64,000 nucleotides of DNA from a virus (Duplodnaviria > Caudoviricetes), in IMG/VR virus record IMGVR_UViG_3300029288_000066, positions 128,001 through 192,000 of that record. One strand, 5' to 3'. The notes under the pieces were generated by a model. It saw nothing but the letters and a program-made list of their open reading frames with translations, was not told the origin of the DNA and did not search any database. A program made the position numbers and the translations under genes. Every line of letters starts with the position of its first letter. Within the stretch, counting starts at the first letter, position 1. Of the stretch, positions 1 through 10,397 are shown piece after piece.

Positions 1-324
1 GCTCACTAAATTCATTGGGGATATTTCAAGCGTAAAGTCTCCATATGTTAACATTCTTTCTGTCAAAGTTCTTGCAATGCCCAATCTTCTATATTGCTTG
101 TCAACATATGTATAACTCAAATAGGGATAAGCGAGAATTCCTTTGTCAAACGTTTTTACAGAAAATGCTATTGGCACCCTATCCAAAAAAGCGGTCACAC
201 AAGCAAATCTTTTTTCTTTAAACCCATCTTTATATTCATCTTGAAAAACGCCAATATTTCCCCAAATCTTTTTTGCTCTTTCGAATTTAGTTTCTCTAAA
301 ATAGATTTTCTTTTCTTCTGCCAT
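1..324 (-). CDS. GNAT-family acetyltransferase (partial, runs off left edge)
   Basis: Manual translation from ATG 324 is open to position 1; contains motif A YVDKQYRRLGIARTL. Confidence 0.75.
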   Translation of the reverse strand, partial: MAEEKKIYFRETKFERAKKIWGNIGVFQDEYKDGFKEKRFACVTAFLDRVPIAFSVKTFDKGILAYPYLSYTYVDKQYRRLGIARTLTERMLTYGDFTLEISPMNLVS

Positions 325-337
325 AAAGCAATGGATG

Positions 338-1168
338 TTAATAATTATATTTAGGTTTAAAAGAATACCAATTTGTATTTTCCAACACTGGTGCGTAATC
401 TGGCGCCTCTGCGTACCCAACCCGTTTCAACCAGTTAGAATATCTTTCCCATTTTCTCATAGGAACTCTTTTTAGCACCAGGTCTTGCCACAGCTTATAA
501 TCATATAAAGAATACACCCAATGTTTATATTTTGCAAACCCAAACATTGTATCAGTGGACGTGGTTTCACGCTGTCCTGGGAACATCATCCCAAACAAAT
601 TTCCCCCCTTGACACACAAATCAGAAGTAAACCCAGTTTCCGTAATGATTTGCTTTCTTACATCATACCAATGTTTAATATCCATTTCAGAAGCAAAATA
701 ATCTAAATTATCCTTTGTCAAAAATGACCTTTCTGCAGGAATAAAGATTGTGTCTGTATTAATTATTAATCCTTTAGAATTCTTTTTAACAGTTTCAACA
801 TATACCACTTTTGGTTTTTGAATATACAGATTGTAAATCTTATACAGTCCGATTCCCATGCATAGAATAATGCATAAAAAAACAAGCTTTATACAAAACC
901 TTCTTAACTTATACCTGAAGAAGTTTATCGTTTTTTCTCTAACTATCAAACTAATCAGAGGCCATACGGACTCCATATAAAACCCCAACCGTTCTATGGA
1001 CTCATCAAGCCATGCATCGGTTGGCACCTTATCGTCATGCATTGTTTTTTTAAGCAACCCCCCAAGAACCTTTTCTACCTTTATCCATCCAAACATTTTA
1101 AAAAATGCGCCAAATAATGCTACAATAAATCTCGGATGTTTTTTTCGGAAATGTCTTAAGTTATTCAT
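338..1168 (-). CDS. Membrane-anchored GH73/FlgJ-like glucosaminidase (cell-wall hydrolase)
   Basis: ETG...NLFGM...GYAEAPDY motifs; hydrophobic segment before catalytic domain. Confidence 0.7.
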   Translation of the reverse strand: MNNLRHFRKKHPRFIVALFGAFFKMFGWIKVEKVLGGLLKKTMHDDKVPTDAWLDESIERLGFYMESVWPLISLIVREKTINFFRYKLRRFCIKLVFLCIILCMGIGLYKIYNLYIQKPKVVYVETVKKNSKGLIINTDTIFIPAERSFLTKDNLDYFASEMDIKHWYDVRKQIITETGFTSDLCVKGGNLFGMMFPGQRETTSTDTMFGFAKYKHWVYSLYDYKLWQDLVLKRVPMRKWERYSNWLKRVGYAEAPDYAPVLENTNWYSFKPKYNY

Positions 1169-1171
1169 AAA

Positions 1172-1489
1172 TTAACCTTTTTTGTTTAACTTTTTTATAT
1201 TTTCTTTAATGCCTTCTAAAATATCATTATCTTCATAATAAAAGAAATCTTTTATTCCATAAGATGGTCCTTCTTTTTTTGAAACTGGGGTGCCCATTTT
1301 TGTACAATTGTATAAAACTTGTCCGAATCTTTGTTTCGGACAAAGCATCCATAACCTCTTTAATTGAACAAGGAATTCATTTATTTCTTTCTCTCTTTTT
1401 GGTAAAGAGAATTTTAGGGTGTTTTTCCCATAGTGCTCAGCCATTTTATCAAGGAAGTTTTCAAAAACATCATCTCTTTCTTTTCCCAT
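1172..1489 (-). CDS. Hypothetical protein
   Basis: 105 aa ORF co-oriented, preceded by AAC-N16-CGTA type promoter near 1545-1570. Confidence 0.6.
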   Translation of the reverse strand: MGKERDDVFENFLDKMAEHYGKNTLKFSLPKREKEINEFLVQLKRLWMLCPKQRFGQVLYNCTKMGTPVSKKEGPSYGIKDFFYYEDNDILEGIKENIKKLNKKG

Positions 1490-1655
1490 AAATTATTGAT
1501 TTACAATGCACATATATGTGTAGTGCATTTCTTTTAATCATTTATACGATTTAATGCAAAAAAAGTTATATTATCGGACATGGGGAAAACACTTATTTTT
1601 AATTTTTGTTATAATTTGCCAAAAAAAATGATATTTATAATAAAAGCATATTTGT

Positions 1656-2348
1656 ATGGGAAATGAAGTTTTAGTAGCGGTGATAGGAGCAACAGCAGTA
1701 ATCTCTACTGCAATAGTTACTGGTGTGTTTAAAGTTATGGAATCCAGAAAAAAGAAAGCGGAGGAAGCAAATAAAAGAGAGCCTATAACACAGATGAAGT
1801 TGTTTGAAAAGGATTTGTTCAGTAAATCCGAATACTGGGTGAACTATACAATAAAGAGATTGGGATTTGAACAGGGTGACAGAAATTGGATTTACGAAAC
1901 AATCATGAGGGTGAAAATAGAAACAATTGCAAAAATGTTTAAAGAATTTCTTCAAAACAACGACTTAATGGCCTTATCAGACACAAGATTTGAAAACTTG
2001 ATATTTGCATTGATATCTGATATAATAGATGAGTATAATGAAGGAATAAGAGTAGAATTTAAAGAGTTCTTTGGAAAAAATAAAGGAGAAAAAATATTCA
2101 ATCTTGTAATGGATAAGCAACCCTCAAAAGAAAGCCCATCGGCAGGATTCAACATTTGGAACGCTCTTACAATAACATATTTGGAAAAGTCAATAAAAGA
2201 CCATTGCGACTCTTTCTATCCTAATAATGTAGAAAAAATGAGCATGATATTAGATGAATTCAAATGTGCCATTGGAGCCGCACATACACACTTATACAAA
2301 ACATTCGGAAACTTCAATGGTGAATTGGATTTCCTATTGCTTACCTAA
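1656..2348 (+). CDS. N-terminally membrane-anchored hypothetical protein
   Basis: One N-terminal TM helix followed by basic patch; TATTTATA motif upstream. Confidence 0.6.
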   Translation: MGNEVLVAVIGATAVISTAIVTGVFKVMESRKKKAEEANKREPITQMKLFEKDLFSKSEYWVNYTIKRLGFEQGDRNWIYETIMRVKIETIAKMFKEFLQNNDLMALSDTRFENLIFALISDIIDEYNEGIRVEFKEFFGKNKGEKIFNLVMDKQPSKESPSAGFNIWNALTITYLEKSIKDHCDSFYPNNVEKMSMILDEFKCAIGAAHTHLYKTFGNFNGELDFLLLT

Positions 2349-2398
2349 AATATTTTTGCTTTTATTAAAAAAATATTGTATATTTTAATAAAAAACAA

Positions 2399-2554
2399 AT
2401 GAAAAGAAATAAGCCATCGCTGACAATAACAATTTCTCCAAAAATTGCAGAAAAGTTAGAAAAAAACAAATACAACAAATCTAAGCTAATTGATTCATTA
2501 TTAAAGGAATACTTTCAAAACAATGATGAAGTAGAAAATAAATATAAAAAATAA
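2399..2554 (+). CDS. Small ribbon-helix-helix-like DNA-binding protein
   Basis: MKRNKPSLTITISPKIAEKLEKNKYNKSKLIDSLLKEYF pattern. Confidence 0.55.
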   Translation: MKRNKPSLTITISPKIAEKLEKNKYNKSKLIDSLLKEYFQNNDEVENKYKK

Positions 2555-2619
2555 TCTGCATACAAGCATGATTTTTATTTTTTCTGCATATTTATAAGAA
2601 ATACTAAACTCTTATAATT

Positions 2620-2784
2620 ATGGCACGCAAAAAAATTGACACAAGAGACAAAAAACAACGAATATCAATCGTTGTTTCTCCAGAAAACTTTAATAAAATA
2701 AAACACCTGAGCATTAACGGCTCTAAATTTATAAGCTGGTTATTGGAGGTGCACTTTAATAATTTAGAAAGTGGAGGAAAATAA
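2620..2784 (+). CDS. Small ribbon-helix-helix-like DNA-binding protein
   Basis: KQRISIVVSPENFNKIKHLSINGSKFISWLL; similar pattern to the upstream ORF. Confidence 0.5.
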   Translation: MARKKIDTRDKKQRISIVVSPENFNKIKHLSINGSKFISWLLEVHFNNLESGGK

Positions 2785-2786
2785 TT

Positions 2787-3485
2787 ATGAAAACATCAGA
2801 AAAGAAAAGGATTTATAACAAAAATCGTTATGAAAAAAACAAAGAAATAATTTTAAAGAAGCAAAAAGAAAGATATGAAAAAGAAAAGATTAGAATTCTA
2901 GATTCTCAAAAAAAATATTATAACAAAAATAAAGAAAAGATTAAAAATTACCAAAAGACTTATAACGCTATAAATAAAGAAAAAGTAAAACAGAGAAAAA
3001 GAAAATGGACAGAAAAAAACAAAGATAGGCTATCTGAAAATTCGAAGTTATATCGAGAAAACAACAAAGAAAAAATAAAAAAATATAAAAAAGACCATAA
3101 TCTAAAAAGAAACGAATTGAGAAAATTAAGAAAAAAAAACGATTATATCTTTAAACTAAGCGAAAACACAAGGTGCTTGGTAAATTATGCATTTAGAAGT
3201 AAAATGAAATATAAATGTAAAACAACATCTCAAATTTTAGGATGCACTTTTAAATTTTTCAAAGAATATATAGAATCAAAATTTGAATCTTGGATGAGTT
3301 GGGATAATCACGGTTTCTATAATGGGAAGTTTAATTGTGGATGGGATTTAGACCATATAATACCAATTTCTACGGCAAAAAACGAAGATGATGTTATTAA
3401 ATTGAATCATTATACCAATTTCCAACCCTTAGACAGCCACATTAATAGAGATATTAAAAAAGACAAATTAATCTTCCATCTCTAA
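2787..3485 (+). CDS. HNH homing endonuclease-like protein
   Basis: Lys-rich helical N-terminus; WDLDHIIP...LNHYTNFQPL...N HNH-type C-terminus. Confidence 0.75.
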   Translation: MKTSEKKRIYNKNRYEKNKEIILKKQKERYEKEKIRILDSQKKYYNKNKEKIKNYQKTYNAINKEKVKQRKRKWTEKNKDRLSENSKLYRENNKEKIKKYKKDHNLKRNELRKLRKKNDYIFKLSENTRCLVNYAFRSKMKYKCKTTSQILGCTFKFFKEYIESKFESWMSWDNHGFYNGKFNCGWDLDHIIPISTAKNEDDVIKLNHYTNFQPLDSHINRDIKKDKLIFHL

Positions 3486-3761
3486 TTCCAAAAACATTTT
3501 GTCAATTTTCTTTTGTTCAGCTCTGTGATACTTATCACAGGCACACATTGGACAGCTGCAAACGGTTGATATTGTTTTTAAAAGATTCGATACCTTCCAA
3601 TGTTCTTTTACGTCTTTCCAATTTGGTTTGCGAATTCTTACTTCTAAACCATCATCATCCTTATAACGCAACCCATCTATACTATTTGCCCATATTTTAA
3701 GACGTGCAATGTGTTTGACATTCTTCTGATGTCTTCTAAGCGCCCTTTTAAAGTTTTTCAT
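3468..3761 (-). CDS. Hypothetical protein with CSCPMC motif
   Basis: ATG 3761 preceded by AGGAGG. Confidence 0.6.
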   Translation of the reverse strand: MKNFKRALRRHQKNVKHIARLKIWANSIDGLRYKDDDGLEVRIRKPNWKDVKEHWKVSNLLKTISTVCSCPMCACDKYHRAEQKKIDKMFLELEMED

Positions 3762-4035
3762 ATTACCTCCTTTTGTTATCGCCAACCCCGCTAGAGCCGA
3801 GGGATTGACTTAAAGTTTGAAGGTAATTCTATCGCTTTTTTTCATGTTTTACAATTTCGTAATTTCCAACCTGGATATTCCATTGGTGGGAATAAAAATT
3901 TCTTTTACGTTGGGGTCACCTTTGAATTGTGCATACTCTTCAGCGTATTTATCAATAGCTTCTTTAACACGTTCTCTTGGGTAATTTACCATGTTTACGT
4001 AATGAACAACAATAAGTTTCTTTTTTTTGAACATA

Positions 4036-4911
4036 TTATTTATAATTTAAAACCTTTATTAATACATAGTTTGATTTTTTCTCTTTTTCTTTAACTCCCC
4101 TTTCAAACTCTTCTTCTGTTAGAGCACAATATCCATTTCTTCCGTCATAATATACCACAATTCCGTCTCCTGGAAGATTGTCATCTATAACAACATCATA
4201 TTTTGTTCCTAACGAAAATGTTAAATCATCAAAAAACATTAAATCTTTAACGATGGGAAAAAGAATTGAATTTAATCTTATTTTATTAGCGCTGATAATG
4301 AGATTTTCTTTCACAATGCTTGCAGAAGCTTGATTAATCATTGTCATCAATGTATGGTTCCAATCTCTCTGAGAATAATAATTACTTGCCTCATTATTCA
4401 CCTTAGACTCGTAGTTATAATCCCACTCAAGCTTTTTAAAACACTCCACTTCTTTGCTAAAACTATCAAATTCATCAGAGAAATAAACTATTTTAACATC
4501 ACATTCTTTAAACATTTCGAAAGCAATTCTCCATGATTCTCCCCAACGCTTGTGTGAAAACTCTGGTTCATAAGTCACAAGTGTTTTAATTCCAGAATTT
4601 ATAATCGCTCTGGCACAGTCTATACAAGGAAACATTGTTACATACATTATTCCACCTTTTAAACAAACTCCTGTTCTTACTGCATTGTATATGGCATTTC
4701 TTTCAGCATGCTCTGTGTAAAGATATTTTTGCGGTCTCTCGTATCTACTATCAATTTTGTCATTGGCGCCTCTCGGAAAACCATTATATCCAAAACTTAA
4801 TACTGTATTATCATCATCAACTATTACAGAAGCGTTTTTAGTGCTTGTGTCTTTACTCCAGGTCGAAATGTGCCTGGCTAAATCCATAAATCTTTTGTTC
4901 CAGTTTGTCAT
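4036..4911 (-). CDS. dCMP deaminase fused to gp23 major-capsid-like fragment
   Basis: HAERNA and PCIDC zinc motifs; C-terminal WDYN...QRDWNHTLMTMINQASA. Confidence 0.85.
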   Translation of the reverse strand: MTNWNKRFMDLARHISTWSKDTSTKNASVIVDDDNTVLSFGYNGFPRGANDKIDSRYERPQKYLYTEHAERNAIYNAVRTGVCLKGGIMYVTMFPCIDCARAIINSGIKTLVTYEPEFSHKRWGESWRIAFEMFKECDVKIVYFSDEFDSFSKEVECFKKLEWDYNYESKVNNEASNYYSQRDWNHTLMTMINQASASIVKENLIISANKIRLNSILFPIVKDLMFFDDLTFSLGTKYDVVIDDNLPGDGIVVYYDGRNGYCALTEEEFERGVKEKEKKSNYVLIKVLNYK

Positions 4912-4913
4912 AA

Positions 4914-5225
4914 TTAATTATTTTTATTTAAAAGTTCATCAAACTTATTTTTTAACTCTTCAAACCTAACTAAAACTTCTGCATAAAGTTTTCCATCAAC
5001 TTTAATAGGATTGATACATTCCACTTTCGTTTCTTGATTTCTTACTGGAATAAGATATTTAATAATTCCATCCTCATTCTTTTTGAATAAACCTTTCGCT
5101 ATTTTTTTCATATAAAGATTTACATCAGCATCTGGTAAATTTCCAACATCCATATAATAAACTAAAATTAATGGTTGTACATTTTTAAAAGCTTTTTTCT
5201 GCTTTCTTGGAGTTCTGTTTTTCAT
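4914..5225 (-). CDS. Hypothetical protein (similar to 3849..4034)
   Basis: Shared LI(L/V)VxY(M/V)x(V/M)xN.P...IP pattern. Confidence 0.55.
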   Translation of the reverse strand: MKNRTPRKQKKAFKNVQPLILVYYMDVGNLPDADVNLYMKKIAKGLFKKNEDGIIKYLIPVRNQETKVECINPIKVDGKLYAEVLVRFEELKNKFDELLNKNN

Positions 5226-5333
5226 AATATCTAATTTAAGTAAACAAATATAGTAAATAAATTCATAAAAACAAAAAACCCCCAACTTTAAATTGGGGGT
5301 TCTTTTATTTTGAGTCTCGATTCGTCGTGTCGC

Positions 5334-6182
5334 TTAGAGTGTTTCTCCACACATGGGGCATACCTTCCATACTGGCTCTACTTTTGTTTGGCACTTGGGA
5401 CATTTACATTTTCCATTAATTGGTGTTGCGCATATTGGGCATACTTTCCAATTGCTCTTTACCTTTGCACCACATTTATGACACTTTAATTTAAGCTCAT
5501 TAAATTCTGCTGGCTTTTGCGATATTGGTAATAATTTGTATATAACCGTATGCAGTGGAAATGTTTCAAACTTCATATCCACAAAGCTAAATTGCTGCCC
5601 AGAGACAGAGCCTTTTTCAACTCTTCCAGTTTCAACTTTTTTGCTTAACTTCCTCTTTGAAACAAATCCCCTTGAAAGTTCTTCTGGGGCATTGTCTATC
5701 GCCGAGTAATCCATCTCCACATCTCCACAAAACTGTTTATAATTTGATGTGTTTGTCGTAAGAGTACCACATCCGTCACGATAAGTTACGGTGCCAGTTG
5801 AACACTGTAAAGAATCAAGAGCAGGTCTTGTGTTTTGCTTTTCTTTAAAAAACTGTATAATGATTTCACCATTATCTTCAATAGCTTTTTTTACTGCTTC
5901 TGAATTTCCATCCACGGTGTAGGTTTCAAATAAGAATCTTTTATCTTCATTAATAAATCTGTCGAGATAACCTCTCATTCCTGGTCTAAGAATTAATCCA
6001 CGATTGGAAATTGGATTTCCATTGATGGAAATCATTGCCATAATGTTGTCTTTGAGTGGGTTGAAAAATTCGAACTCGAATTCTTGTTTGTTTTCTAAGT
6101 AAACAGTGTTAGAACCGTAAACTTTTTTTCTGTCTTTGCCTATAGTTATATAAACTTCAGGTCTTACGAAATTTTTTTTCAT
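5334..6182 (-). CDS. Phage protein with C-terminal double zinc ribbon
   Basis: Two CxxC...WKVCPxC repeats. Confidence 0.7.
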   Translation of the reverse strand: MKKNFVRPEVYITIGKDRKKVYGSNTVYLENKQEFEFEFFNPLKDNIMAMISINGNPISNRGLILRPGMRGYLDRFINEDKRFLFETYTVDGNSEAVKKAIEDNGEIIIQFFKEKQNTRPALDSLQCSTGTVTYRDGCGTLTTNTSNYKQFCGDVEMDYSAIDNAPEELSRGFVSKRKLSKKVETGRVEKGSVSGQQFSFVDMKFETFPLHTVIYKLLPISQKPAEFNELKLKCHKCGAKVKSNWKVCPICATPINGKCKCPKCQTKVEPVWKVCPMCGETL

Positions 6183-6341
6183 AGTTTTTAATCTCCTTTT
6201 TTAATTTTTTCATATTGTTAACTTATTGTTGCCATTTAAACAACTCAACGGTCAATTACTCAACCGAAGTCAACAAAACGAGACTCGAAAATAAATATAG
6301 AAAAAAAATATTTTTATATCAAGGGAAAAATGATTTATTTT

Positions 6342-7457
6342 TTATATCAAAAACTTCGAATAATTTTTTAGCTCTTCCCAGAACTCATCTCCACCTTCAC
6401 TATCATAATAATAAGTCGTTAAAGCATGGTGATAAATTTTGTTAGAATTGGAGCTGCTTATGTTATGAAAAATCTCTTCCGCTATCTGTTCTCCATACCA
6501 ATCATACTTTGGGTTACAATACTCAGTTACAACATTCTTGTTTGGAAACAAATTTATCGCTTGAGATACAATTTTATGTCTTGCTTCCAAACTCATATTC
6601 TTTGCTCTACCGACCCAATATTTAAAGAACTCATCTGGATTATAAATTATTTTTATAGAATTGTTTCCTTCTTCGTTCTTATACATTAAGAGGTTTTCGT
6701 TAAATCTTCTGACAAAATCCTTTTTTACAGCATCAAAAAGATTTAAAACAGAATCAAGTTGAAAATACTGTACACTTAAAAAGTCTCTAAAAACGGATAA
6801 TTTATTTAATTCTTTTAATACCTCGTCATGTGATTTAGCGCCAAGTTTTAGTTTAATGTTTTCCATTTGATTATATGCTTCATGAACCCTGGCATTTACT
6901 TCTTGCGGCAAACTCAAATAAAAAATATTCATGAAATTTTTTAATTCTCTTATATCTCCCAAATAACGTAACTTTTCCATTTCATTTCTAGCCTTATATA
7001 AAGCCTTTGAATAGCCGTTGGTATCAGTATCAACTATATATTGGAATGCATGAAATAGTTCATGAGAAAAGACCTTTTCAATGCTGCCCGTTAAATCAGT
7101 TTTATAATCCCAGTTTATTATATAAATTTCAAAATCTGCAGAATATCTAAACTCACTTTTAATAAAATCTTGCTTCAAATTCATAAACCTACCTGAGACA
7201 CAATTCTTTTGTTTATTGTCTTCTTTGCTTGGGATTATCCGTATATCAATGTTCCATATCTTAGATATTTTTCTATCTTCTGGAGGCAACTCCTTCTGTA
7301 TACGTAGGTTGTCATAACTATATAATTCTCTCTTCTCTTCTTGGAATTTGTTTAACAATATCTCCATTATCATCTTTGCGTACCTATTCGACACATCATC
7401 CAACGGAAAATAGTGACCAAGAACTTCTCTGATTAATTTTCTTATTTTGTTTTCCAT
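6342..7457 (-). CDS. Zincin-like metalloprotease, putative virion internal protein
   Basis: HELFH and EVNAR motifs; N-terminal IRKLIREVL. Confidence 0.6.
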   Translation of the reverse strand: MENKIRKLIREVLGHYFPLDDVSNRYAKMIMEILLNKFQEEKRELYSYDNLRIQKELPPEDRKISKIWNIDIRIIPSKEDNKQKNCVSGRFMNLKQDFIKSEFRYSADFEIYIINWDYKTDLTGSIEKVFSHELFHAFQYIVDTDTNGYSKALYKARNEMEKLRYLGDIRELKNFMNIFYLSLPQEVNARVHEAYNQMENIKLKLGAKSHDEVLKELNKLSVFRDFLSVQYFQLDSVLNLFDAVKKDFVRRFNENLLMYKNEEGNNSIKIIYNPDEFFKYWVGRAKNMSLEARHKIVSQAINLFPNKNVVTEYCNPKYDWYGEQIAEEIFHNISSSNSNKIYHHALTTYYYDSEGGDEFWEELKNYSKFLI

Positions 7458-7489
7458 GTTCCTTGTTCCTTTTAATAATAAATATTGGC

Positions 7490-7714
7490 TTAAAAATAAA
7501 AAAAGCCTCTACGATTGTAAAGGCTTTTTTCAATTTTATTCTCATACTCCTTCTGCAGTTCTTCCAATATCGGCGCAATCACTTTACAAGGACCACAATA
7601 ATCGGCATAAAAGTCCAATATTATAGGCTTTTCGCCTTCAAACTTCCAATCATCATTGTTGCTGAAATTCTTAACTTTTTCTTCGAAAGCTTCTTTTGTT
7701 AAATGTTCTATCAT
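7490..7714 (-). pseudogene. trxA: Truncated thioredoxin
   Basis: Bacteroidota-like MIEHLTK...DFYADYCGPCK; sequence jumps into a terminator after EYENKI. Confidence 0.75.
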
Positions 7715-7772
7715 GGGTTTAAATTTTGTACAAATATAATGAAAACACAGAATAAAGCAAAGAAGATTAGCT

Positions 7773-8840
7773 TTATTTAACCTGATTGGTCTTCCACGCC
7801 TTGTATTCATCAGAATCGTAGTCATGTGCCATATAATGTTTATCTCCAAAGTCTTTTGGGTGCACCGCAGGAATTTCTTCAATAGAAACCTTTGACATAG
7901 CGTTTTTAAACAACCCTATTGAATGGTGTCCAAAGTTGCCTTCGCTTTCTATTTGTGCATGGTCAGGAATTTTTATTCCATCATATCCTGCTTCCTCTAC
8001 TTTTCTAAAAAGTTCTACTTTGTGATAATCTGGGTCAAGAAGACTAGCTTCTCTTGTGCCACCTGCAGTATAATCAAATATTTTCAAATTTTCTTTGGGT
8101 GTAATTATAAAAAGTCTTCCTTGGTGCCTATAATCAGCTGGTAAAACTTTTTCTTCTCCACCATTATATTCAACCTTTAACTTCCAAGAATTACTCCCCC
8201 TATATGAGTCTACTTCTCTAGGCTCGTATCCAAGTTCGGCAAGCTTTTCGTTTACGTATTTGTTTTTTTTCTTTTCAATATCATTTGCAAAATATTCTTT
8301 TTTTGCCTGTTCTATTTTATCTTTTAATTCAATTTCTTGACGTATTTCTTCATTTTTTTCTTCGGGTGATAAACTTGGCCATTTTACAGAAAGCTCTTTT
8401 TTAAATTTTTCGAACACATCCATCAATTTGTTATATTTATTCCATGATTCATAATAAGCATCTGAAATTCCATTGAACACGGGTGCTTCTTTATAAGATT
8501 CAACATGTGAATTTCCAACAACATCTGAATACTCTATTCCAAATTGTTTTTGTATTGATATTGTTTCTCTTCTTGTTGAAGGTTTTGAAAGATACTCTGT
8601 GTTTGTATAAATGGACATGCCAGCAACAGGAATATAGCTTTGAGAAATCGCAGATTGTTCAGTTGTCCAAAAAACCCCATCATATCCGCCTGGTCTTGAT
8701 TTATTATAATCAAATTCCTCTCCAGTTCCATGAAACAATTTGTGCCCAGCAGGAATTGTTAAGTCATCAGTAGAGTCCGATTCTTTTAATAGACCAGCAA
8801 GCTTCTGAATTCTATGCCTATATGATTCTGATAAGTTCAT
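7773..8840 (-). CDS. ADP-ribosyltransferase-fold protein, putative virion internal protein
   Basis: LFHGT...GVFWT...GYDGI; N-terminal LSESYxxRIQKLAG. Confidence 0.55.
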   Translation of the reverse strand: MNLSESYRHRIQKLAGLLKESDSTDDLTIPAGHKLFHGTGEEFDYNKSRPGGYDGVFWTTEQSAISQSYIPVAGMSIYTNTEYLSKPSTRRETISIQKQFGIEYSDVVGNSHVESYKEAPVFNGISDAYYESWNKYNKLMDVFEKFKKELSVKWPSLSPEEKNEEIRQEIELKDKIEQAKKEYFANDIEKKKNKYVNEKLAELGYEPREVDSYRGSNSWKLKVEYNGGEEKVLPADYRHQGRLFIITPKENLKIFDYTAGGTREASLLDPDYHKVELFRKVEEAGYDGIKIPDHAQIESEGNFGHHSIGLFKNAMSKVSIEEIPAVHPKDFGDKHYMAHDYDSDEYKAWKTNQVK

Positions 8841-9412
8841 TATTTATCATCTTCCTTTAATAATTTCAACTCATTCTCCACCGATTTCTTTTCCGATTCT
8901 AACATTATTTTTTTATGAAAAGTTATAACTTCTTTCTCTACAAACTCTAACAAATTACCTGACTCGTTTAATCCCATACGTTCTTCAAAATGTTCTTTTA
9001 ATTTCCAATAATTTTCTTTAAAGAAATCTAGAAAAGCTTCCTTTCCTTCATAAATGGTTTTTCCATCATCTCCAAAGACTTTTGCGTTTTCTAATTTCAT
9101 ATTCCACTCAGGAGATTCTACCTGTGGAGGAATTGCCTGGTCTACGGTTGCTCCCATTACAGCTGGTGTGTAAGAACCAGAACTGGTTATGTCAAAATCT
9201 ATATATAATTCAGCACCATATGGAAAGTTTTTATCATTTGACCCAATTATAACGTGAATTTTCCCAATTGAAAAATCTATGTCTGGAGTTTCTATGTACT
9301 CAAACCCGTTTTCTTTTATGTTGGAAACTAATTGCTGCGCAATATTAATATCTCCCACAGATTCTGTCAAAATCTTAAAAACTTCTTTGCGAATAATTTG
9401 CCTTACATCCAT
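8840..9412 (-). CDS. Hypothetical late protein
   Basis: N-terminal VRQIIRKEV; TATTTATA upstream. Confidence 0.6.
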   Translation of the reverse strand: MDVRQIIRKEVFKILTESVGDINIAQQLVSNIKENGFEYIETPDIDFSIGKIHVIIGSNDKNFPYGAELYIDFDITSSGSYTPAVMGATVDQAIPPQVESPEWNMKLENAKVFGDDGKTIYEGKEAFLDFFKENYWKLKEHFEERMGLNESGNLLEFVEKEVITFHKKIMLESEKKSVENELKLLKEDDK

Positions 9413-9941
9413 AACTGTTATTTTCTATATAAATAGGAAAAAAAACCCGATTCCTATTCGATTCTGTTACAAAGAAAAACCCCCACGTCTTTCGACGAAG
9501 GGGAACTTTTAGTTTTTCTAATCGGGCTCTATCGTATGATGAAGCGCAATCTAATAATGTATACGTAATAGTTTTAGGAAAGTTACAATTATTAGCAAAA
9601 AGAAACCCCCGCATCTCGTAAATACGGGGGAAACTTTCGTTTGTCGCAGGGGTTTAGCCCACTAGCTTCAAGCTTTCATCTAGGACGCACGGATTAAAAA
9701 AACACTGACCTTATCTGAAGGGTAAACGAGTTTTACCAGGAGTTTCCTAATCACAAAACAGAATCTTCAAACTTATACGCAAACTTTTAAAAAAAGTTTC
9801 AATTTTATTTATTTATTAACGCAATTAGTTTTTTCGTTGCGTCATATGTACGAAAATAAAACCACCAATATTTATGATGGCCTTCAAAGATTTTCATTTT
9901 GTGATAATATATATCAATTTTCATAATTCAAAATTTATTTG

Positions 9942-10025
9942 TAGCTAAGAAAGGACTCGAACCTTCAAATTCTTACGAATCACGGTTTCTGAAACCGCTG
10001 CGTCAACCATTTGCGCCACTTAGCC
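9942..10025 (-). tRNA. tRNA-Leu(CAG)
   Basis: Cloverleaf, loop TTCAGAA, long variable arm. Confidence 0.9.
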
Positions 10026-10224
10026 ATTTATTATTCTATTCACAAAGTCAAAAAGTTCCATTCCTCTTATGAATTTATCTTTTGCTTCTTTATATGTCGG
10101 CGCATTAGTCACTGCTCCCCCACTCCATTGTACGATATTCCAACACCATCTTCATCTTGAACAATTAATACATCCCATTTTTCTATTTTCTCAACTCTAA
10201 TTTTCATAATTCAAAAATTATTTG

Positions 10225-10309
10225 TGACATCGGAGGAAGTCGAATCCTCATGAGTATTAACTCGATAGCCCCTCAAGCTATTGCGTATAACCAATTTCGC
10301 CACGATGCC
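10225..10309 (-). tRNA. tRNA-Leu(GAG)
   Basis: Loop TTGAGGG, long variable arm. Confidence 0.9.
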
Positions 10310-10315
10310 ATTTTG

Positions 10316-10397
10316 TACCCCAAGAAAGACTCGAACTTTCACACCTTTCAGTACCAGGTTTTGAATCTGGGTCGGCTACCATTTTCGACATTGGGGC
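10316..10397 (-). tRNA. tRNA-Leu(CAA)
   Basis: Loop TTCAAAA. Confidence 0.9.

Noticed and set aside
7490-7882. Intact 130 aa thioredoxin
   Set aside because: N-terminal extension overlaps the upstream gene and the C-terminal third of the fold is missing
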